This document shows positions 22,978 through 35,592 of a DNA stretch of 64,000 nucleotides, piece by piece. Location: contig NC_135657.1 in assembly GCF_964188315.1 (NCBI RefSeq), positions 48,422,001-48,486,000 of the forward strand, given 5' to 3'. A program made the position numbers and the translations under genes. Below the pieces are notes generated by a model. The model saw nothing but the letters and a program-made list of their open reading frames with translations. It was not told the DNA's origin and did not search any database. Source of the stretch: Podarcis muralis. Lineage: Eukaryota. How positions within the stretch are numbered: the stretch's first letter is position 1; each line of letters starts with the position of its first letter.

Positions 22978-25900
22978 GCCTTTTAAAAAAATGTAACACA
23001 AATGTAAAACCAACATGGTCTAGAATGTCTGTTCGTTGACAAACTTTTTTTCTGCCTTTTATCTCACTTTAACAATATTCACATGTGCCTGAGAGTAGCT
23101 TCAGGTAGGCTCAAAGGCGCTTTGGTGTCAAGTGTGAAAATTCCTTTGGTATTTTTGCTCGAACAAACCAAAGGCATTTTCACACATGACACCCTAAAAA
23201 TTGCTTTTGAGTTCCTCTCACTATTTGTGCGCATATTGTTAATGCAGGACAGAAAGCAAAAGATGGACCATTTAAATTATATGTTGCCTTGTTGAAAAAA
23301 CAATCAAAATTATATCTATATATTTTTATATAATATGTGTTTGTGTATGCCTATTTGTGTGTATATCATGTAGCCACTGTGAGTTTAACATTCACATTGC
23401 AAAGATGGGAAATGCAAAAAAAAGTAACTTTTGTCCTTTCGTATGACTTGCATGAAAGTACATGATTGCTTTCCAGGAATTAAACTCAGGATTGAATTTA
23501 GTAACATTTTTTTAAAATGGCTTATAAATTTCTTCCTATGTCCTTTGTTTATGTGTATTTCAAAGGGGTGGTAATCAAGACAATTGGCTGTGGATTACTT
23601 ATCCTTTAATAACAGCCTCTTGTGGTTTTTCCCTTCCATAAGATGACAAGTATGTGAAAGAGGCCAAGGCTGAATATTTGACCATCCTGATCATGAGTAG
23701 GAGAGGAGGTTAAGACAGGATGAACTGGAAGGTAACCAGTCCGCATTCAGTGACATTGAATATGCATCTTGGTTACTGCATGATAAGAAATCCAGAGTAA
23801 ACGATACGGCGATACAACACCTGCCTCGAAGCCCCACCTTTTCATTGTGACAGGTCAGAGGAAGGATTATTTATGACTACTTGGTGGTGAACAAAATGCA
23901 CTCTGCACACACTAGGATTACTTCGTCTCATATTAGAATACTGAGGCCTAACTTGAAGGACGGGTTCCACTAGCTAGAATCCATGCTTGTGTTCACACAT
24001 GCTTATTTCTCACTGAAACGTCAGGCCACGATTTGCACGTGGGAAAGTCGCTTTGCACGAAGTGGTGGACTGAGAGGACAGATGTTGTGTCTTGTCCCAT
24101 GTCAGACTTCAAGAGGTGATGGCCTGCTTTTTGTTCTTTTAAAATGACTCCACAAACCCCCTCCACTAACTGAACTCTAACACATCAGAAAGGAGGGTTG
24201 AGTTTATGATACTCAGGAGATACTTGATGCTCAGGCGAATCCCGAAATAATAATAATAAGAGAAGCCACTCCCGCCCGCGCCTGCAATCTGAAATGGTAC
24301 AGCTCAGAATTCTACCGCTGCCTAACGCGTGGGAGGGCGCCCATCCTGCCCTCCCGGCGCAGTTCTTCGTGACCCAATGGGCTTCGTTCACGTTTCCCCG
24401 GAGCGAAGGTTTCCTCTCCCCGCCCACGCGGGGGGGGGGGGGGAGGAGAAGCGATGCGCGCGCATCCCGCGGGGATCAGCTCTAAACCTTTGGTCGTGTG
24501 GATGCTGTAATTCGGGGACGTCGTCCTAGACACGTGTATCTCAATTTCTTTTGGCGACCCTGCGGGGAAATCTTACGTTGGGGAGCTATGGGCTCCCTCG
24601 TTCTCTCTCTAATCTCCTCGGCCCATCGCGGCTGGCTTTATTTGCACTAAGGCCCCGGCAGATGTTCCCTGGGCAGACATCGGCACGCGACTGACCTCAG
24701 CCCCTCGCAAGAATATTCAACCAATAATCCTTTCCAGTACGAGGAGGGAGGCTAGGGAGAAGGGAGGCAGGGGAGAGGCAGCGAGAGGAGAGCACTGTCC
24801 CCAAAGACATTTCCCTTGTCCCAGCAGATCTCTAGCAGCCGAAACGTACAAGATACCAAAGGGCGAGGGGGGTTGTCGGGGGGGGGGGGGGAAGAGGCAA
24901 AGGAAAAAATAACTCGGGTATAACCAAGGGGTAGAAACTGCCCCCCTTCCCCTCGAGTGAGCGGTCTTGGAGGCCTTTCTCTCTCCCCCCCACCTCATTT
25001 TCAATCAAGTCCAACCCCACATGTTGGGGCCACGATAAGATTTGCCCATGGAAGGGGCTGGGAAGAGCAGCTGGCTGCAGCAATCTGATCGGAGAGACAA
25101 AGGAATGCCCCGTCGGTTCTGGGATCCCAGGTAAACACACAAGCTTTGTGATGAAAATGAGAGGCGAGGAGAGGGCCGGAGCAGATGATTTGCGATTTGA
25201 AAAAGGAGGGGGGAGAAGAGCGGAGGGGGAGGGGAGCCCCCGCGCTGCTGCTTATCTATCATCTGGCTTCTCTGTGTGCCAGCTGAGCCACGCGACTGGC
25301 CCTTTCTTATTCTAATCAGCACATGCCTTTGCAACTTTCGACAGACCTGCGGGAGAAACTTCTGAAGAATTAGACTCCTCTCTTTTTAAAAAAAGGCATG
25401 TTCCCAACATGTATGTTTGAGCAATAGTTCGGCTGGAACTGCCAGACTCCTCTTTGGACACCCCCAAGCCCCAAACAAGCCGTCTCTGCTTTCCACCCAC
25501 TTCATTTTTGTGTTGTGGTGTGTGAAAGGCTGGGGCTGCAATGGCACAAGTCTCAGGAGAGCAGGAGAGGAATCCTTTCCCACATTAATTCTCCGTGGCC
25601 TGCACATGCTAAGCAGAAGGGGGAGAGGTGGGGGGAGCAGGGAGGGGGCAGTGGAGCGATGAGTAAAAACTGCTCCACGTTAGAAAAGGGAAAGAGTTTT
25701 GTCTGGGTGCAAGAAATGACATTATAATTATATAAGAGTGATGTGGCTGCGCAGCTCGATCCAATGGAAGGCCCGCACTGAATGTAATGCCCCCTCCCCG
25801 TCAAAATACGTATAGGATAGCAGCCTGAACTCTGAGCGAGATTCGCTTCCCAGTAGGAAGAAGGTCTGGCTGCGCCGCGCGCAGACATAACTTTGCGCGC

Positions 25901-28900
25901 GTTTTCTTCGCATCCAAATGGTGCGCCTTCCGTTTTACCAACTGGGGCAGGTGCTTGCGCGCGCACACAAAAACAACCCACAGCGAGCGCCGTACGAGCT
26001 TCCGGAGGGCTCGAGTCTCTTCTTCCAAATCACACCCCTGCTCACACACAGCATTCCTGAAGTTCATTTGCTCCCGGATCAAGCAGGTGAAAAGACGCCA
26101 GAGCTGATGGTGTCCAGAATCCGTTTTAGTGACACGTCACTTTAGGTTGATCAAGAGTTCCCCTTTGTCCTTCATTCAAACCTTCATTCAATCCGGATTA
26201 CTAGGGCTACAATCCTATACACACCCCTGAATTCAAGGGGACTGACTTAACAGGGCCTCTATGGAAGGCACCGCCACCCTATGATGCAGTTATGTAATTG
26301 TATGCTCTGGATCTATAGGTTTTCATCTTAGAGAATGTCTATTGCTTTGCTTTTTTCAGAATAGGTACCATAAATTAACCCTGATGAGGGGTGGGGTTCT
26401 TCCTGTCCATTCTGCTGTGCCCAGCAGATTTCTGCTCCGAAGTCCTGCCTTGACTGCACCGCTGAGGTGGCCATTCACCACGGGGAAGTGGGCGGGGGGT
26501 TATTCCGCATTTCTGGAGTCGGAATAGGCTCGTGTGATATTCCAGGCGGCTAACGGTTCTTCCGTGAACTTCTAAGCCAAACTTAAAAGCGCCCGGTTTT
26601 TAACCAGGTGCAGGGGAAGCCCACCTCTGCTAACATGGGGCATTGTGTGGGGCCCCAGGACTCTCGGTGGCTTTTTCTTACCACAGACGCACGAGGCGAC
26701 CCCTCTGAATTGGCATCCCGGACGTCTCCCCACCCCACCTGTGAGACAGGTGAGGTGGGGCGACGTCCCGGGGGCTGATCTAGAGCTTCCTCCACCGCCA
26801 GATCGGGCACCCACCACCAGGCGCGTCCCGCCGCTCCCAGCCACACCCGAACCCAAGTGCAAGACCTCGCCTGCCCATCTAAAGCGCAACTGTGATGCAC
26901 CTGGTCGCAGCAGCCTGGCATTTCCATCATGCAGTCCGCGCACCACTTATATTATTAGCATAGCCTATGGATTGGTAGGAGGGGAGCAAATGCAGGCATG
27001 CAGAGCAAATGCATGCAAAGCAAATAACAGAATCGTAGTATTGGAAGGGACTCCTGCAATGCAGGAATCATATACTCAGCTACCGAGCTAAGACCCTTCC
27101 CAATACTCTCTCTCTCTCTGGTAAGGTGTTTTGATTTCAGTGAGGTTTTTCTTGTCCCCCGCACCACAATTTGAAGATACCAAACAAGGGGAGGGGATAT
27201 TTATTGCATTGAATCCTACCATTCCTCCTGGGAGCTTCAACACATATCTTCCGCACCTCAATCTCATCCTCACAGCAACTTTGTGGGGGATGTCAGGCTG
27301 AGAGAGAACAGCTAGCTCAGGGTCGCCCAGTTAGTTTCACGGAGCAATAGGGATTTGAACCTGCATCTCCCTGGTTCTCACCTGACTAGGCCACCTGACT
27401 GTTGCTGCTGCTGCTGCAGAGAAGCGACTAGCGTTATAATGAACCCCGATGCTGAGAGGGGAACGGGCAAGGATCTCCCTCACTCAGGTGACGTCGGCCT
27501 TTACCCTGAGTTTGCAACCCTGAGATCTGGACCTGTTATCGTTCCACAAGGTATCCTTTCGGTCTGCATCCCTTCTCCCCCGTCAGGAGGGGGGGGGGGA
27601 GATAATCCAGAACGGCTCGTTTCGTGCCTTTTTTACTCAAACGGCACCGAGGGGAGATTGGCAGGTGAGACTGAGCCACGACAGACATCACATCGCACAG
27701 ACAAATGTCTCGCGTGACGCGCGTTCCGGTGGAGCCGGACCGTGCAGGCATTCGGCAAGCAAATTGCGCGCATCCATGTACGAACTGGCCACTTGACTAT
27801 CGAATCGCTGGCTGGATCTAGCCAGCTCGAGGGATTCACTGCCACAAGATGCGAAGGTGGTGGTCTCTAGCACCGACGTCTTGGAAACAGGGCGAGGCAT
27901 TTGTGGGGGAGGGAGGGGCGCGACGGGGACTCTTGGTCTGCTCCAACAGTCAGCAGGCCTGGGCCTTTTCTTCCCACCGGAGCCCCCCAAGCTGCTTAGT
28001 GTCCTGCCCTGGCGGAAGTTGCAAGGACCCACGGCCCCCTGCCCTCGGATCGCAATCTCTTTCGAGATCCTCCGGAGCCAAAACGAAAGTTTCCCTAAGA
28101 AAAGGAAAAGCAGAGAAGCTTCTTCGAGGGCAGGGAGCCGCAGCTTCCCACCCACGCATCCCACCCCCTCTCCCACACACTTTATAATCCCCCCCTTTTT
28201 TTTGCAGGGACAAATTCTCCTTGTCTCCGGCTAATGTCTCCTCCGCTGGCTAATGAGCTCGGCGTTGTACAGTAAATTTGCTGAGGAATCAAAAAGTATT
28301 TAAAAAGGGGTTGCGGCGCGGCCTTAATGAGGAAGGTAAGGATTTATGGCCTTTTCTGCTGCCGTCTTCCCAAGCGCCGCAAATAAAAACGACGGGGTGG
28401 GGTGGGGGGAATGAAGGATAAAGTCCATTCAACATACTTCTAACTTAAGCTGCCTTTGCTGGGTGGGTGGGGGGTGGGAGAGAGAGAGAGAGAGAGAGAG
28501 ATCCTCCTCCGGGACTGGAAGTGTGAGAGAGGGGAGTATAGAGACACGCAGGAACTGGGAGTGAAAAAACGCCATTTGGTTCGGAGCAGATGGCTGGCTA
28601 GGGGGTTGATCGCGTCTAAAGGCGTGTCATCCCCCTTCAGCTCGAATCCCTGAGGGCTCCCCTTGTCTTCAAAATCAATGAAAATTAAAGCGCAGAGAAA
28701 GGATGAATGGTTAGACCTCGAGTCCCTCCTTTGTTCGGCCCAGCTACTGGTGGGCAGGAGTTAAACTACAACAGCCTCCTATAGAAACACTTAAGTTAAA
28801 CAGTCTCCCCGTTAGCACAGCAGCATCTGAAAGAGAAGGGGGGGGGAGGACACACAAGCAAGGAATCGGGGCGGGGGGGGGGAGAGAGAAGGAGGAGGAG

Positions 28901-30921
28901 GAGGAGGGGAGAGTCAAGAAAAGGAACTTTCTGCTTGATTTCCCCGATACAGAATCGCGTGGCATAAATTAAGTTGGAAGAGAATAAGCGCTTTGGGCAG
29001 GATTCTGACGGATTTTACGACGCCTTTCAGTTCCGCTTTGCGGGCCTAATCGAGAAATCTGCGCCGCGTCAGTTTAACAAATCCTTGAGAGCGAAGGGAG
29101 GGTGGTTAAAAAGATTCGGAGAGACTTTGGGGGTTCTTTGGGGAAGGGTGGGGGAATCCAGGGGAAAGGGAAAGGTTTCAGCCCCTGCGCGTGTTTAACT
29201 TTTGATTCCCACTCCTTCCAAAACAGGAATGTAAATGAGCGAAATCCCCCCTCCCCAGTCGCCTTTCCAAGCTGAATCTACAGTGGATCCTAGATCTGCA
29301 AAACCAGCAAAGGGAGAATTCCATCACCCGCTCCTTCTCTCCCTCCTCCCTCCCTCACAATGTTGGCAAATGCCTTAGACAAAACTATGGGGAGCTTCTC
29401 TTGCGCAAGACATGAATGGGAATGAGGCTTGAGAAGTCTTTTTTAAAAAAAGAAAGATTGCACTCCAGCCTGACTGATAGTTGGCAAGAGAATGCATTGG
29501 TTACACAGCTCAAGCTGGTGGTGATATATACACATACACATTGTACTTCATCTCATTTGTGGTTCCCAAAGAAAGTGCAGTACAGAGGAATGGGGGAAGG
29601 CAGGGCATTATGGAACAGCATCTTACTGTCCTCTTGTCCCCACCTGTCCATTCCTCTTGGTTGCTGTCCCAAGAGATAACTGCTGCAATGACTTCTGGAA
29701 ATCTATAAGCTTCCTGGTAGCAAAAAGCTACAGCATCATTACTGCAATTTTCTTCCAGTTTGTGGAACTGGGCCGAAGGAGAGAGGAGCTCTCGCATGTG
29801 CAAACCAACCAGATCCTGAATAAACAGTATAAAACCATAATGTGTGTGATGAATATACATCTGGAGAAAGATGCATCTAAACGTCACTCTGGATTTAAAT
29901 GGGAGCATGCAGGTTTTTCAACCGATTGTTTCAAAATGATACGTCATCATCATCTCCCTCCTCCCCTTAAACTGCCCAGGTGTGCCAGTTCTAAACAGGT
30001 CATGGTGAAACAAAATCCACTGCACTCAGTGAGATTGTTTCCGCTAGTGTACTTAAGAATACATACACTGCAAAAAGAAAAGAAAAAAGCCTTGTGTGTC
30101 TCCGTAGCTGATGATTTGCTGCCTGTGTCTGTGAAAACTCGCACACACCTTGTGTGACTCGTTCAATTATTTACTGCATTCAGGTTTCGTGCTCCAGCAG
30201 CTGTGCTTATGCTTCACACTAGTATTCTCTTTCATGTTAGTTCTCCGTTGGTTAGCTTGTCTTGTCTTGCGGGATACCTCAACACCACCAGGTTCAAATT
30301 CCTGCTGAAATATAAAGATGGCCGAATAGCCTTGAGTCTGTTATGAGCTCAGTCTAACGAAGCGAGATGAGCGCTGCAACCCCAGAGTCTGACAGTCCCT
30401 TTACCTTTAACCTACCTCTCAAGGTTGTTGGGAAGGGGAAAGGAATCCCACCCATGTCACCCTGAAGTCCTTTGGGAAAAGAGTGGGATAGAAATGTGTC
30501 TGCCCACCAATCTCTCAGTCAACTTAAATCTCCAACAAAACACATAATCCCCTTCTCGCCTGCCTTTGCGTCAGCGTCCAATGTCAGCTTTGGATTGCTC
30601 TTCTTTTCCTGAAGCATATGAGGCAACCAGAATCCCAAGAGAAAGATGGAGAAAATACACTTAAAGTATCTTAGCAAGGGGGACAATTATCCACTCACAG
30701 CTAGAACAATAATCAATGGCTTAAAATTCCAAGGAGATCAGCTGAATTGAACCTTAGGAAAAACCTGCCTAGGATGAAGGAAGGAAGACTCTCTTGGAAG
30801 GGTATGAAAGGTGAAATCTCTCTCTGAGTTATCTCCCTCAATGACTTCTTGTGAATTTCCAGAAGGCATCTCTTGGAATGCTGCACGCGATGGCTGTTGT
30901 CTGATCTAGCAAGACAACATT

Positions 30922-31270
30922 GGCTGTAGCTCAGCTTCTGCTCTGCATACAGAAGGTCCCAGGCTCACTCGCTAGTATCTCCAGGTAGGATCTGGGAGGT
31001 CCCCTTTCTGAAACTTGCTGCCAGTCCGCGTAGAAAAGTTATCCAGCAGGAATTCCTGACATGGCTGACTAAGCATGTTGAGGGTTTAAATAAAGGCAAA
31101 GTCAGCTTAGAGTAAGAGGACTCCGCAAAGTTGCCTTATACCAAGTCTGGCCTGGTACCATCTTCTGGCAGGGCTGAGAATGGTCCTCAAGCAGGCCCAT
31201 GCCAGCCCAGATACCTGAGACCAAAGCCAGGACCTTCTGCTTGCAAAGGATGTGCTCTGCCACTGAGCCA
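30922..31270. mobile_element. Two short tRNA-derived squamate SINE copies in inverted orientation (30922-31035 +, 31131-31270 -)
   Basis: ggctgtagctcag...gcatacagaaggtcccagg and its reverse complement; related copies near 8380, 47470 and 48977. Confidence 0.65.
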
Positions 31271-32229
31271 GGCTGCCTCTCTAATGTGTGAATCAATGCA
31301 AGGAAGGACCAAATCTGTTGCTACTTTGCAGGGAGGAACTGTGTGTTTAGGGGCCAATGTCTGTTGCAGAATCAATACTGGCCTACTATATTCAGTTGGA
31401 AGTCTCCAGGTTTAATGGCAATGTCAACGGCTTGGAATGACAGACTCATCTTCTTCCATGCACATTCAAATAGTGATTTTCTTTTAACTGACCTTCACCA
31501 GCAACTTGAAGAAGTGTTTTAGATTGTGTGTGTACCCCCCCTCCTTTCGTGCCCCCTCCCCCACTTCCCTCCATGGTAAAATAATTTCTGATCAAGACAT
31601 CTGCTTCAATGAAAGTCACATTTGCTCCTGCAAAAACACGCTTCCAAAGTGGCCATAAAGAAGAATGAGCAAGCCATACCTACAGGGCACCCATTGTGGC
31701 CCAATACTCTCCCTTGCCCACCAGCTTAAGCATCCCCCTGAAAAGCTCTGTTGCAATTCAAATGACATTTACACAGACAGTTACACCTTGCATCCCAATG
31801 AAGCACACCAGGCTAGCCTTTGCTGTTTGCTTGTTTACAGAGGTGTTTTGTAACAAGGCCCAAACCAAGGAAGGCGGGGAGAGTGGAGTGGGGGGGGGGG
31901 AGAGTCGCCTTCTCTGTCTCCTCGGGCCCCCTCCCTTTCCTCATCAAGTCGAAATTAGTCACCTTCAAACTTTGTGTGTTCAAATCCTACGCTTCTACCA
32001 TCAGGAAGCAAGGGAGACTAAGAAGACTTGCTCCATCAGCAGCAGCATCCCCCGTGTGTGTGTGTGTTAACCAACACAAAAGCTCCAGTGTCTGATGGAT
32101 GTGTAAAAAATAATAATAAGGTGACGGTTGGCATAAAGTTTTTTTTTTTTTAGGTAGGGAGGGGAAGGAAGGCTGGAAGGGATTTCTTTAAAAATGTGTG
32201 CACATTGTTGTAGAGGCAGTAGCGTGCGC

Positions 32230-32330
32230 CGAGGGGAGCTCTTTCTCTCGTTTGTATTGTGCAAGGAGCAGGTGCTGCCTACATTACCATACAGCTGAGA
32301 GCACAAAGGGCCAACTGATGCAGGCCTCAC
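32230..32330 (+). promoter_or_regulatory. DLL1: DeltaM/HII-type neural enhancer (Ascl1 plus POU3/Brn composite)
   Basis: CAGGTG 32269-32274 and ATTACCATACAGCTG 32283-32297, matching the recalled composite ATT[AT]NCAT[ATG]CAG[CG]TG, about 1.3 kb upstream of the inferred TSS. Confidence 0.8.
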
Positions 32331-33399
32331 ATAATAACAAACTGCCTTAATGACAGCCACGCGAACGACACACACCAAACTCACTTTTTTTCCCTTCAAA
32401 AAAATGAAAAACTAAGCTTCAAGGAGGAAAAAGGCAGAGAGACAGAGTGAAAAAGGAATGGCGATCGTCTTCATCATCATCCTCATCATCCTAGGGGAAG
32501 TGGAGCCGTTCCATGCAGTTCACCAAGAATCCAGGGGAAGGGAGGAGGGGTGTGTGTTTCTTTTTGGGTCTTTAAAAAGCAGGACTGTTTACCCAGCCAA
32601 GCTCCCCCCCCCCCCCGCATCTCCCCCGCCTGGAACTTAACACATGGGTCTTTCCCGGATTGTTTGAGCATGAGAGTCTCGGGGGTGTGTGCCGCATAAT
32701 GATCAGCAAAGGGAGCGCGCAGATTCCGAAGTGCTCTCGATACTTTGGGGAACTTAAACCCATCCAGGAGGTCCTGCCGCGTCCTCGAAATTTATTTCCC
32801 GCCGCCGCCGCCGCCCCCCGGTTTGCTCCCCCAAGAACACCTCTCACATAGGTAGCCGCGTTGAAGGGAACTTTAAAAGAACACACCCCACAACTACAAC
32901 TTTGCTCGCCGCGATTGTCTCGCTCGCTCTCCTCCCTCCTCCAGATGGGGGCATTTATAAACCCTCAAAAATATCACAGTGGCCCCACGTGCCAGGTTCA
33001 AGGTATTCGGTTTCAGCCGGGCGTAACGCTGATCTGGTTCCTTCCCTCGGTTGAAGGATATCCTTAGCGGCGGATAGATGTCGTTGCCAAGAATGTGCTT
33101 TAAAAAACAAAACAAAAACGTGCGTGTTACATTTACACCTTTCAAGACGTTCTGAGTCTCGGCTTGTTTTCCTGCGGGAGCCTCAGTTTCTCCTGCGCTT
33201 ATAACGTTCAGACGTGAGTGGAAGAGAGGTCGGTCGTGTGTGTCTGGGTGTGACCGTCCCCTGAAAGCAGAAGGGAAAAGGGGGGGGGGGAGAGAGAAGG
33301 TTGATTCTTGCAGCTTCCAAATTTGCAGGAATGTAAATGAACCCCCCCTCACTTTTTTGGTGAGAGCCGCAGGGGAGGGGAAGAGGCGGAGGGTTGCCC

Positions 33400-33570
33400 A
33401 TTTTACAGCTCACTGACCATTTGGCGATCCATTGAGAGGAGGGCTTGGAAAAGTGGTTCCTTTGTGGCCGCTCTCGCCAGATTGGGGGGCTGCTCATTTG
33501 CATCTCATTAGCTATGCAGGCGGCCGGCGAGATATAAGGCAGGCAGGCGCCCGACCGCAGGCAGATCCGT
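33400..33570 (+). promoter_or_regulatory. DLL1: DLL1 core promoter
   Basis: Octamer ATTTGCAT 33496-33503, TATA-like GATATAAG 33531-33538, CCAAT-like ATTGG sites, inside a CpG island; no ATG from here to the start codon. Confidence 0.75.
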
Positions 33571-34501
33571 AGCGCTACAGAGCAAGCGAGCGAGCAAAAA
33601 AAAAGGGGGGGACAAGAGAGGGGGGGAAAGCCGACAGCCTGCCAGATCCAAGGCGAAAGCAAAGATCACCCACACCTAGAACCACAGAGGGGAGACCCGG
33701 GAAGCGCGCACACTCTCACGCGGGCGCCGCCAGTCAGCTGCTCTCGAGTAGCTGCTGAAACAAGACGAGCCTCTTTTGCCTTCCTTTTTTTTCCGGGGTC
33801 TTGGATTCCTTCAAGAAAACGAAACAGACTGATCGCAGGTCTCTGCCAGAAAGTGGCGACCAGCAAGCCGGGGGATTTGAAGGCGGCTGCTTGACAACCC
33901 ACTGCAAAGCTTAAACACACGCCCGCCCAAACCGCCGCCCCTTTAAAAAAAGAGAGGGGGAAAAATCCCCCAGACCACCAGCCCAAAGCAAAACCCCTCT
34001 TGCCCTCTTCGCCTGAAGCCACCGGGAATTATCTCCTTCTCGTCCCCGGAGGGATTTCCAGATCGTTGATTATTTTAATCTGCTTTGGGGAGCCTTTTCT
34101 CCGCCTCTGGGAATTAAGTGGCTCTTCTCTTCCTTTGGTGGGAGCAGAGGAGCGAAGCGCAACGAAGCCGCCCAGAACTGTCGCCGGGAAGAGGAAAAGC
34201 CGAGAGGAGGGTAAAAGTTGCGCCTCGAGCCTAATTCATCTTTAAAAACAATCGCCTCCCAAAGAGCTGTCAGTCATCCAAAGGGCGTATCGAAATCCGC
34301 ATCGACGGGAAAAGAGCTAGAGACTTGAAACTCGCACATCTCCCTTCTAATTCCCCTCCGGCCGGGCTAGGGAGCGAGAGGTTTGTCGGGACCCATCATC
34401 TTGTCAAGACGCCCCTGTTGTGTTGGAGTTGCCTTTTCCCCAAGGGACGGCAAGGAAAGAAGCCCCAATATCTCCCCTCGGGCAACTCACTCCCTCTCAG
34501 A

Positions 34502-34561
34502 ATGGGAGGCCAGTCCACGCTGACTCTAGTGGTCTTTTGCGTGCTTCAGTTTCCCTGCCAG
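34502..34561 (+). CDS. DLL1: DLL1 exon 1 CDS (signal peptide MGGQSTLTLVVFCVLQFPCQ)
   Basis: ATG in strong context (agaATGG), CAG|GTAAGC donor, in frame with exon 2 [11 protein letters not shown]. Confidence 0.93.
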
Positions 34562-35259
34562 GTAAGCACCGGCTGTATATAATGCATGTCTGCGCGCGTG
34601 CGGTCGTGTTGACAAACCTCTTGAAACCCGCAAGGCATCGTAGATAGGAAAAGTTGGCGCGTTGCACCTCTCCGGGAAACTTGAAGGGCTACCGAGGGCG
34701 GAGGGTGGTGGCGATCTGTAACGAAGCGTTGCCCTTCTCTCCCCCACCCTATGGGTTCCTGTCGCCCCCCCTCCCTCGCTTTAGTGGAGAACCGTCTGCA
34801 CGCTCGCGCTCGCGTTCACACATACACGCGCGCGGCACAGAGAGAACGAGAGTTCACCTCGGTGGCTTTGCTGGCGCCCCAGTATTAGCGGAACTCCGGT
34901 ACTCGGGGCACGCGAACTCGGCTGCGCAGGTGCCCCCTGTCGGAGCGCCGCGAGGTGCCATCAATGGGGAGCTTCGCCATTGACAATTCGGCGGCTGCGT
35001 TCGACGCGGCGGGGGGCCTGGCCACTGTGCTCTGCGGGGGGCGCGTTGCGCGAACGCAGCCGCTGTCCCCCCCCCCCCCCGCGCGCCGCCTTGCCTGGAA
35101 TCAGCGCAGAACTTCCATTGATAAATTTGCTCCGCCCCCCTCTGGGCGCTCGCCTCCCAATCGCCAATTTGCGGCTCCATTTCCGAGGGCCAAGAGCTCC
35201 CCCCACGTCCCCCCCCCTAAGTTGCTAATGGTGGCTCCCGCTCCTGCTTCCTCCTGCAG

Positions 35260-35592
35260 GTCTGGAGCTCCGGCGTGTTCGAGTTGAAGCTGCAGGAGTT
35301 CGTCAACAAGAAGGGGCTTCTGGGCAACCGCAACTGCTGCCGGGAGGGTTTCGGCGGCGCCGTGCCCAGGGGCGGCGCGGCGCCTGGGCTGCAGCAGTGC
35401 GACTGCAAGACCTTCTTCCGCGTCTGCCTCAAGCACTACCAAGCCAGCGTGTCCCCGGAGCCGCCTTGCACCTACGGCAGCTCCATCACCCCGGTGCTGG
35501 GGGCCAACTCCTTCAGCGTGCCCGACAACGCCGCCAGCAGCGACCCCTCCTTCAGCAACCCCATCCGCTTCCCCTTCGGCTTCACCTGGCCG
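35260..35592 (+). CDS. DLL1: DLL1 exon 2 (MNNL/C2 domain)
   Basis: cctgcag acceptor; [27 protein letters not shown]...[25 protein letters not shown]...[11 protein letters not shown]; CCG|GTAAGT donor; 333 nt. Confidence 0.98.
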
